Below, in pieces: positions 35,192 to 42,253 of a stretch of 64,000 nucleotides of DNA; positions within the stretch are counted from its first letter, which is position 1, and each line of letters starts with the position of its first letter. The notes beneath the pieces were generated by a model, which did no database searches, was not told the origin of the DNA, and worked only from the letters and a program-made list of their open reading frames with translations. The translations under genes were made by a program, and so were the position numbers. The stretch is from Nanobdellati archaeon. GTDB taxonomy: Archaea; Nanobdellota; Nanobdellia; UBA10117. The stretch lies in assembly GCA_016182015.1 (NCBI GenBank), contig JACOYC010000009.1, forward strand, positions 6,953 to 70,952, read 5' to 3'.

Positions 35192-36079
35192 ATGGCACTC
35201 AGCCAATGGAGAACTTCTGAACAGGTAATCGCAAGATATGCAAAACCGGGATTTCTGGAAGGCTTCGCGGTTGACTCCAGCGAATATGCAATTATTTTGA
35301 AAGGCGGCGCGCTGACAGGCTATGTAATCTCTGGCGGAATAGTCAAAAGAAGTTTTTGGGATATTTTTGGAAAAACAAGTTTCATTTTCGCGGATGGCCG
35401 GCCACGGCAAATCTACGCAGCAATTAGCGCAGTATCCGCGGATTCGCTTGAAATCGTTGCCGATATCGCACTGAACTATAAAATAGAACCTAACTTAATG
35501 CAAAATCTTGCCGGCATGATAAACAGCACAAAAACTATTCTGCTCGGCAGCGATTTAGAGAGTGTGCTGAGAAGCGAAGGCATTGAACAGAAAATTAAGG
35601 AAATCGCAGGCCAGCATAAGGGTTACGAACTGCAGACAAAAATTAAGGCGCTTGACGGCTTGCGGCAGCAATATATAAGATACGGAATCACAGTACAAAG
35701 CTGTACGATAAACTGGCGATACACGCAGGATGTTTTGACACAGATAGAAATTAAACGGCAGGATTTGCAAAGGCAACGCGACACGGCTACTACATTGACA
35801 GATATAAATCGCATCAGACAGCAAATGCAAATTTTAGACGAACAATTAAAATTTTATGACTTACAAATTCATGCGGCAAAAAAAGAAGCAGAGCTTGCAA
35901 GGGTGAAGGCAGCAGCAAGCCCTGAGCTTGCCCGCAGGGATGCAGAGCACGCCGCGCAAATTGAGCAGGAAAAAAGAGAGCTGGACATGTTAGTGGAACT
36001 GCAAAAGAAGCGCGGCGCAGGGGCAGGCCCGATGATTATCGGCGGGACGATTAATATTGGTGGGGAGAAAAAGCAGTAA
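35192..36079 (+). CDS. SPFH/band-7-like protein with C-terminal coiled coil
   Basis: 295 aa. ...SADSLEIVADIALNYKIEPNLMQNL... resembles the SPFH core by eye. The C-terminal region is a charged coil (QRQRDTATTLTDINRIRQQMQILDEQLKFYDLQIHAAKKEAELARVKAAA). Confidence 0.45.
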   Translation: MALSQWRTSEQVIARYAKPGFLEGFAVDSSEYAIILKGGALTGYVISGGIVKRSFWDIFGKTSFIFADGRPRQIYAAISAVSADSLEIVADIALNYKIEPNLMQNLAGMINSTKTILLGSDLESVLRSEGIEQKIKEIAGQHKGYELQTKIKALDGLRQQYIRYGITVQSCTINWRYTQDVLTQIEIKRQDLQRQRDTATTLTDINRIRQQMQILDEQLKFYDLQIHAAKKEAELARVKAAASPELARRDAEHAAQIEQEKRELDMLVELQKKRGAGAGPMIIGGTINIGGEKKQ

Positions 36080-36107
36080 AAACTAATTTGTGAAATTTTA
36101 GTTTTTT
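36078..36107. terminator. stem-loop plus T-run between convergent genes
   Basis: aaaaactaa at 36078-36086 pairs with ttagttttt at 36098-36106 (9 bp) and is followed by T residues. It starts at the stop codon of the plus-strand gene. Confidence 0.35.
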
Positions 36108-36249
36108 GACAAAGTCATACCGCCTGCCCAAAACATTCTTCACATCAAACGCGCCCGCACCTGCCGCATTGAGCTGTGCCAGCTGCGCCCATAGCACCAC
36201 AGTAGCGGCAATTAGAAGGTTGGGACTGCGGCATTTGTGGAATTTCTTG

Positions 36250-37959
36250 CTATCCCCCAGACTTTTTTTTCTGTTCCGCATACCCTGCCAGTCCCATAAG
36301 CGTAAGAACGCCGCCAAGCAAGCCTCCGCCAATCCCTCCCCAGCCCCAGCCAAAATATAAACTAAGTGGCCAGCCAACTGCGGCTGCGCCAATAAATGGA
36401 CTTAATATTGCCAAGCCGTCATTTTTTCCGAAATAAAGGAAAGGGGTGCCGATTAGTGTTCCAGTTACGCCGCCAAGCAACGCGCCGCGGAGGTGGTGTG
36501 TTAATACCCACTGATTCATCGCATTTAATATTAACTCTCTTAATTCATCATACGACTCCCAAGTGTGTATCTTGCTCATATAATCAGTCGCTACGTAGTG
36601 TTCCAAAACATCATTAGACAATGAGGATTTTAAATTTAAAATATTAGATAGAGGAGATAGTGGATCATAGCTTCCTCCCGACCACCACGGCGGATCCTGC
36701 GAATTCGCGCCAATCGCCCACCCAACCCCTGCGCCAAACAACCCCAACAACGTACCAGCGCCGTACCACAAAGCAGGCCATTCTTTATGATGCGCCAAAT
36801 GAAAAGGCAATGCAATGGCAGTCCCTAGCGCTCCGCCGGCAACCGTAGCAGCAGCCACGGTATTGGTCGGCTGCCCCAGCGCAGTTGCCAAGCCAATCAA
36901 GCCGCCAGTAACGCCGCCGGTAAATATGCTGGAAATCGCAGAAAGGGTTCTGCTGTTATGGTCTTTTATTAATTCCTCAAGCCCGCTGTCCTGGCCCGCA
37001 CCAAGCTGTTTTGCTTTTTTATAGCACTTTATTGCCTTTCTATTCTCCCACCACTGCCAGAATTTTTTATCCGCAATTTCTTTGTGCAGCCTTGCCTTCC
37101 CAAGCCAGATGTTCGGCTGGTTTGGATTTATCCGCAGCGCGGTTTCATAGGTTTCCGCTGCCTGTTCTGGCAGGCCTGCCTTTATCAGCAAGCTCCCGCG
37201 CCAAACCAGATATTCAAGATTTTCCGGATTCCTCTGCAGTTCACCGCCAAGAATGCCCGCGGCCTCTGCATGCCTGTTTAGCTTTTCGAGCGCGGAAACT
37301 TTTTCTTTAATTATGTCGTTATCGGGTTTTATTTTAAGTGCGTTGTCAAGGCAGCCAATCGCCTCTGCGTATTCGCCAAATCTATTTAGCATAAATCCGC
37401 GCAGGTACCAAGGCCACGCCTCTTTATAGTGCAGCTTTACCTGTTCATCGCAGAACTCTATCGCCTCTTGCTTTTTATTATTCTGCGCATAAAGTTCCAT
37501 CTTCTTAAAAAGTGTCGGCAAATGATTCTGCCAGACTTCCAATGCCCAATCGTAGTAAAAGTCTGTCGCCCTGAAGCTTCCGCCTGCTGCGTGGCCCATC
37601 AAAAACTGGTAAAATATATCTGAAGCGCCTTGGGTATCGCCCCACCCGCACATTTCCTGATAGAATCTATTTGCCTCGTCCTTCCGGTTTGTTTCACCAA
37701 ATCTACCGCCGCGCCGAGCGACAGCAGTCTCCACTAAAATATCAAGCTTGCTGTGCGCGGCCCGCCTGTGCTGCGGCGATAGTTCAAGAACTCGGTCGTA
37801 ACATTCCAGCTCGCCCTCGCGCTGGCCTGCATTGCTTAATACCTTCGCCTTGCCCAGCCACAAATCTACATCGTCCGGCCTAATCTGGAGCAGCGTGTCA
37901 TACTGCTGCAAAGCGAATGTACGGTCTTCAAGGGTTTGCGGCATTTTTGTAAAGCGCAT
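36250..37959 (-). CDS. TPR-repeat protein with C-terminal Gly-rich multi-TM region, ends in Gly-Gly
   Basis: 569 aa. The N-terminal ~330 aa are TPR-like units. The C-terminal ~230 aa contain several Gly-zipper hydrophobic segments (GGVTGGLIGLATALG, GTLLGLFGAGVGWAIG, GGIGGGLLGGVLTLMGLAG). The C-terminus is ...AEQKKKSGG. Confidence 0.55.
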   Translation of the reverse strand: MRFTKMPQTLEDRTFALQQYDTLLQIRPDDVDLWLGKAKVLSNAGQREGELECYDRVLELSPQHRRAAHSKLDILVETAVARRGGRFGETNRKDEANRFYQEMCGWGDTQGASDIFYQFLMGHAAGGSFRATDFYYDWALEVWQNHLPTLFKKMELYAQNNKKQEAIEFCDEQVKLHYKEAWPWYLRGFMLNRFGEYAEAIGCLDNALKIKPDNDIIKEKVSALEKLNRHAEAAGILGGELQRNPENLEYLVWRGSLLIKAGLPEQAAETYETALRINPNQPNIWLGKARLHKEIADKKFWQWWENRKAIKCYKKAKQLGAGQDSGLEELIKDHNSRTLSAISSIFTGGVTGGLIGLATALGQPTNTVAAATVAGGALGTAIALPFHLAHHKEWPALWYGAGTLLGLFGAGVGWAIGANSQDPPWWSGGSYDPLSPLSNILNLKSSLSNDVLEHYVATDYMSKIHTWESYDELRELILNAMNQWVLTHHLRGALLGGVTGTLIGTPFLYFGKNDGLAILSPFIGAAAVGWPLSLYFGWGWGGIGGGLLGGVLTLMGLAGYAEQKKKSGG

Positions 37960-38020
37960 CTAGCTCATTTTTCAATCCAATCTTATGTGTATATTCCGCG
38001 TAGATTCTACTCGGAATTAA

Positions 38021-39148
38021 CTATGACATATTTTTCAGCTGGTCCTTTAACTCCGCCAGTGTTGCGCCATCCTGTGGATTTCTGCGGAAGGCCTGTACAT
38101 TATACTCAATCGCTTTTCCCCGTATACCCAGCCCTCTTGCAAGCCTCGACCTATTTTTCCACATGTCCGGCGACTCCTTCTCTATTTCCTCCAGAAGGCA
38201 GAGCTTTTGCAGCCTTGTATTTGCATCTATGCCCAGAAGCGCGTCTTGAAGGTTTGTCCAGACTGGCAGACTGGGCCTGCGCCGAAGCGCTTCATATGTA
38301 AATTCAAATTCAAAACCTGGCAGGCCTGCGCGCTTTGCAACCGCCGCTTTGTATAAGTATGTTTGGGGTGAGAACGGCGCGATATGCCTGATTTCAGAGA
38401 GCCAATCGGCAGCATGCCCGCGGTGTTGTGCGGCAACATCACCTATTCTCCGCCAAATCAAATCTGCTTCTGGAAGCTTGCTTTGAACATTAAGATAGTA
38501 TCTCATTTTTCTTCCCGGTTCCTGCGCAAAATCCCCAAGTTTTAGTATTGTCTCGATATTATCAGCAACCTGCACTTCAGCAGGCTCGGCTACGCTAATA
38601 CTGCTAATCAAATCCCTAGCTATTTTGTGCAGCTCGAGTTTCGGTATGTCCAGTGGTTTTGTCACAATAACATCTATCGGAGCCGCCTCCGCCTGCGTAG
38701 CAGACATAATCTGTTCTTCCGCAAGCTCAGGGGCCATCTCCTGCACTTCTTTTTTGCCAAGGATTTCAACACTGCCACCGGGATATGTTGCGCTCCTTGA
38801 ATTTTGCGTGAGCCTTTCAGATAAGGGTTTGAGATTAGACTGGTTGCCGGTAAAACGCGTGTACTGTGCAGACCGCAATCTATCGCTGCTCAAAGCGTTT
38901 ATATCAGAAAGTTCGGTAGCAACCGGCAATCCATCGCCGGCTAGCACAAAAACATCGCCTCTGACATTCCACTGGCCGCGGTATTGCGTGGCGCCACGCA
39001 AATCAACAACTGTAACGTGGAGGGCATCGCTTGCCATTACTTTCCCAGGTTTGCCTCTGTCGCCTTTAATTCGCAGGACTGCCTGATGCGTTACGAGCCA
39101 CTTAGCCAACTCATCGCTAATCTCGCTGCCAGCCATGCCAAATAACAA
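38021..39148 (-). CDS. hypothetical protein
   Basis: 375-aa ORF with no family recognised. The start could be the internal MAGSEISDE. Confidence 0.4.
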   Translation of the reverse strand: MLFGMAGSEISDELAKWLVTHQAVLRIKGDRGKPGKVMASDALHVTVVDLRGATQYRGQWNVRGDVFVLAGDGLPVATELSDINALSSDRLRSAQYTRFTGNQSNLKPLSERLTQNSRSATYPGGSVEILGKKEVQEMAPELAEEQIMSATQAEAAPIDVIVTKPLDIPKLELHKIARDLISSISVAEPAEVQVADNIETILKLGDFAQEPGRKMRYYLNVQSKLPEADLIWRRIGDVAAQHRGHAADWLSEIRHIAPFSPQTYLYKAAVAKRAGLPGFEFEFTYEALRRRPSLPVWTNLQDALLGIDANTRLQKLCLLEEIEKESPDMWKNRSRLARGLGIRGKAIEYNVQAFRRNPQDGATLAELKDQLKNMS

Positions 39149-39243
39149 ACAAAAAGCGATTTAAGTCTTTCTATTGCGCTTAATTAAAACAGTAATTAAT
39201 TAAAAACAAACAAAATTAAAAAATACAAAACTAAAAATAAGCC

Positions 39244-41286
39244 TTAGTACTTCTCAATCTTCTTTCCGTTACCCTTGCCGTTCCTTGTCACGACAAGCAC
39301 GATTGCCAGTATCGCTACAAGTATCACGAGCGCGCCAAAGCCTATTGTCACCGTGTTTCCGCTCAGCTTCAGTGCTGATGCGCCTGTCGCAGGAGAAAAC
39401 TGCTCAACCGTTGTTGTGCCGGCCTTCACAAGCGTTGTCAAAACCTTGCTTGAAAGGACTGTAGTTCCGGAAACAACTGAAACTGTTGCGCTGTGGTCGC
39501 CGGCTGATGCATCGCGCCTCGGAGTCAGGTAAACAAACAATTGCGAGCTGGCCCCGGGAGCCAGAGTAAGTTCTGACGGCTCTGCGCTTGCAGTCGCCCA
39601 GTCCTGCGTTCCGCTCACGTCAACCCTAAAAGTTGCTGCCGTGGCCTGCGTGTTTGTAACAGTTATTGTATATTTTACTGCCTGGCCCCGCTCTGCAACT
39701 GCAGATGCCTGCTGGACAGCTATTGCCGCAACAGCAGATTCTGAAGTTGTGCCTGTGCCACTTGCAACTGCCTGCGCGCTGCAGCCAACTGTAAGTTTGA
39801 CCGGCTCGGTCTGCTCTGTCTTGCCGTCATTGTAGCTGGATGTAACATCAAGTGTATAGTCCTGCGCCTTAGCTGTGGCCGGCACACTGATGGCCAGCCT
39901 TGAAACCTTTTCAGCGTCAGAGCCTTCTTTCTTTAGCGTGAACTGGCCCGTACTTAGTGAAGTTCCGAGTGCATTATTTTTCACATTTACTGTTACGTCT
40001 TCCTCGGAATTTCCGATATTTATTGTTTTAACTGCTATCTCTGTGCTTCCGCCGCAGGTCGCTTCTGGCGGGTTGAATGCGATAGAATCAAATATTATTT
40101 TATGATCCTGCCGCGTTACCTTAAATTCTTTCACATAGTAGTCTGTAAATAAAGTCCCGTTCTCATCGCTGCCTTCTGCAACAATATTAAGCGCAAGGTA
40201 TGTTGTCAAATCAGTCGTGCTCTTTCTTGCACCAGTTGACAGCCTGAATTTTAATGTTATTTCGTCTTTCGTGTCGGCGGCAGAAAGGTCAAATTTATCT
40301 TCCTGCACCCTTTCGCTGTATCTTTTTACAGTGCTGTCCTTTACACCGGACACCCATGCCTTAACTTTTACTGATTCAAGGTCTTTATTGTGCAGGTTGG
40401 CAACATCAAGCGTGGCTTCGAAATCGTCGCCAGGCTCGTGTTCATCCTCGTCGCCCGAGACATCTGTAACGTCGATGTTTCTTACAAGGAGTTTTTCATT
40501 GTCTGAAGAATCTTTCACAAAATATCTCACCGCTTTTGAATTTGTTGCGCCCGAGCTGTCAGTCGCTGTCAGTGTAACATAATGATATCCGACGTCAGCA
40601 TCTGTCGGCGTGAAGGAAATTGTTCCATCGTCCTTCATAGTAAATGTTGTCCACTCTGTTGAGGATGAATATTTCAAAGAGTCGCCGCTCGGCAGGCCTG
40701 CATCAATCGGCTCGTTCGCATTCCTCTCTGCAATCTTGTCCTGATGCTGCGTATTTGCTGTCAGGACAATTGCATTGTTCGCTGAATTGCTTGAAACTGC
40801 TACAGTGTTTGTTGTCGAAAGTACCACGACATCCTTGCTCAGCTTCGCAAGATTAAGGTCTGGATCTGAATTCGCAACAGTGAGCCTGAAATCTTCTGTA
40901 TCGCTGTCGCCATTCGCATCAGTAACAGTAACAGTTACTGTGTAAGTGCCAATCTCGCTGTGCCTGCCGGTATAAGATATTTTCCCGGTATTTTTGTCTA
41001 TGCAGATGCCGGCCTGCCCTGCTGGACATGCGCCCTGTGCGTTTTGCGCGCCAACCTGAAGCTTTGGCTTTGCCTGATCTACATTGACATCGTCAACAAC
41101 ATATGCTAACGGGGCAACACCGCCGCTGACTACGACTGGCAAGCCATTCACGCCGCCGAGGGCCGAGCCTTCTAGAGCGGTCTGGTCAGTAAGCTCTGCA
41201 ACAACTGGCACTGCAGCAGAAACTGCCGAAAAGGATAACACTGCGGTTAGTATCGAAAACGCCAATAATAGCGCTCTGTAGTTCAT
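39244..41286 (-). CDS. surface protein with Ig/cadherin-like repeats, beta-sandwich domains and C-terminal TM anchor
   Basis: The ORF track start is 41325. The ATG at 41286 gives the signal peptide MNYRALLLAFSILTAVLSFSAVSA. There are two Ig-like units (GKISYTGRHSEIGTYTVTVTVTDANGDSDTEDFRLTV; GTISFTPTDADVGYHYVTLTATDSSG). The C-terminal anchor is IGFGALVILVAILAIVLVV. Confidence 0.6.
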   Translation of the reverse strand: MNYRALLLAFSILTAVLSFSAVSAAVPVVAELTDQTALEGSALGGVNGLPVVVSGGVAPLAYVVDDVNVDQAKPKLQVGAQNAQGACPAGQAGICIDKNTGKISYTGRHSEIGTYTVTVTVTDANGDSDTEDFRLTVANSDPDLNLAKLSKDVVVLSTTNTVAVSSNSANNAIVLTANTQHQDKIAERNANEPIDAGLPSGDSLKYSSSTEWTTFTMKDDGTISFTPTDADVGYHYVTLTATDSSGATNSKAVRYFVKDSSDNEKLLVRNIDVTDVSGDEDEHEPGDDFEATLDVANLHNKDLESVKVKAWVSGVKDSTVKRYSERVQEDKFDLSAADTKDEITLKFRLSTGARKSTTDLTTYLALNIVAEGSDENGTLFTDYYVKEFKVTRQDHKIIFDSIAFNPPEATCGGSTEIAVKTINIGNSEEDVTVNVKNNALGTSLSTGQFTLKKEGSDAEKVSRLAISVPATAKAQDYTLDVTSSYNDGKTEQTEPVKLTVGCSAQAVASGTGTTSESAVAAIAVQQASAVAERGQAVKYTITVTNTQATAATFRVDVSGTQDWATASAEPSELTLAPGASSQLFVYLTPRRDASAGDHSATVSVVSGTTVLSSKVLTTLVKAGTTTVEQFSPATGASALKLSGNTVTIGFGALVILVAILAIVLVVTRNGKGNGKKIEKY

Positions 41287-41356
41287 TTTACACCTCAATT
41301 GCGACTTTGTAGTAACGAAAGGCATTTAAATCTTTCGCCTTACTGTATGAAAACAA

Positions 41357-41917
41357 TTATTTTTCAAACTCAGGCCATGCAACATATTTAACAAAAAAAT
41401 ATCCCTTTAATTTGTCCGCCAAAGAACGCGCCGGTGGCGTCATTGAATATGCCCTTTGCGCGGCTCGATTTACACTAACTGCTTCTATAGCTGGCAGGTG
41501 CGCGCGGCTAACTATATCACACATACTGCAGGTACAAAATATTTTGCTGCTGCTTATTTCGAAATCCGAAAGTCCGCCGTGGCTTGCCTCAAAAACATAC
41601 AACGGATGCGCATAGGCATCATGGACATTCCTATCCTTGCGGGTTTGTAAGATGACTTTCGCAAAGCCAGCTACTTGCCCGTTAACGGCCTGTAAATATA
41701 TATCTATAAACTGTTGTTCACTCAATTGTCCGGCGCCGAGCACGCCGCCCAGTATACTTGATGTTCTGCCATTGCTTTTAATTGCTAAACTGATTTGCGC
41801 CTCTAAATTATATGGGCTTTTTTGCTCTCTCGGTTTGTCAGGCCTGCAGCCTACATGCCTGCCGCCTTTAGAATTATATACTGTTAGTAGCGCACCGCAA
41901 TCTGTACAGAATGCCAT
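41357..41917 (-). CDS. hypothetical protein with N-terminal zinc-ribbon-like CxxC
   Basis: 186 aa. It starts MAFCTDCGALL and has a later CTCSMC. No family recognised. Confidence 0.4.
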   Translation of the reverse strand: MAFCTDCGALLTVYNSKGGRHVGCRPDKPREQKSPYNLEAQISLAIKSNGRTSSILGGVLGAGQLSEQQFIDIYLQAVNGQVAGFAKVILQTRKDRNVHDAYAHPLYVFEASHGGLSDFEISSSKIFCTCSMCDIVSRAHLPAIEAVSVNRAAQRAYSMTPPARSLADKLKGYFFVKYVAWPEFEK

Positions 41918-41977
41918 CGGACTGTATGATTAGTAAGTAATATAATACTTACGTTATAATATGATACGTATGTTAAG

Positions 41978-42215
41978 CGCCCCGGCGAAGATATGTTATG
42001 TAGTATATATTTAGTAGAGTATATACTACCATTGAACTCCGGACCCCCTGCTAGCTTCTCGTGGCACCCAAAGTTTGTGCGATCGAAGATCGCACTGGTT
42101 CTTTCTTTAGATGCCCGGGAGCGTTTCTTTCTTCTCAAGAAAGAAAAGCTGCCGTTAGAAGGCAGGTGCTCTATTTACTCCTGCATTTCTGCAGTCCAAG
42201 CTGAGCTACCGGGGC
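41978..42215 (-). tRNA. tRNA-Arg(UCU) interrupted by three putative introns (D-loop, anticodon loop 37/38, T-loop 59/60)
   Basis: The minus strand reads GCCCCGG-TA-GCTC-AGCTTGGAC[~21 nt]AGAGC-A-CCTGC-CTTCTA[~100 nt]A-GCAGG-GGGTC-CGGAG-TTCAAT[~39 nt]-CTTCG-CCGGGGC-G. The acceptor (7 bp), anticodon stem (5 bp) and T stem (5 bp with one G-U) all pair. No CCA is encoded. Exact splice points were not resolved. Confidence 0.65.
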
Positions 42216-42223
42216 ACGATAAG

Positions 42224-42247
42224 TATTTTAAATCGGGTTTTATAAAG
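42224..42247. promoter_or_regulatory. candidate bidirectional promoter (two TATA-like boxes) between tRNA-Arg and leuS
   Basis: tattttaaat at 42224-42233 lies ~25 nt upstream of the leuS ATG at 42254. tttataaag at 42238-42247 (ctttataaa on the minus strand) lies ~28 nt upstream of the tRNA 5' end at 42215. Confidence 0.3.
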
Positions 42248-42253
42248 AATTCT

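Noticed and set aside
42149-42165. The local hairpin CUGCC-UUCUAAC-GGCAG could be read as an anticodon arm with anticodon CUA (an amber suppressor).
   Set aside because: That reading leaves two nucleotides between the D and anticodon stems and no adjacent variable or T arm. The alternative (CCUGC / CUUCUAA / intron / GCAGG, followed directly by a canonical variable loop and T arm) gives a complete tRNA-Arg(UCU). The hairpin is more likely part of the intron-exon helix.
41993-42253. The 87-codon N-terminal extension of the leuS ORF in the ORF track (MLCSIYLVEYILPLNSGPP...).
   Set aside because: It is exactly antisense to the intron-containing tRNA-Arg locus and has no LeuRS-like sequence. Conserved LeuRS sequence starts after the ATG at 42254, which also has a TATA-like box ~25 nt upstream.
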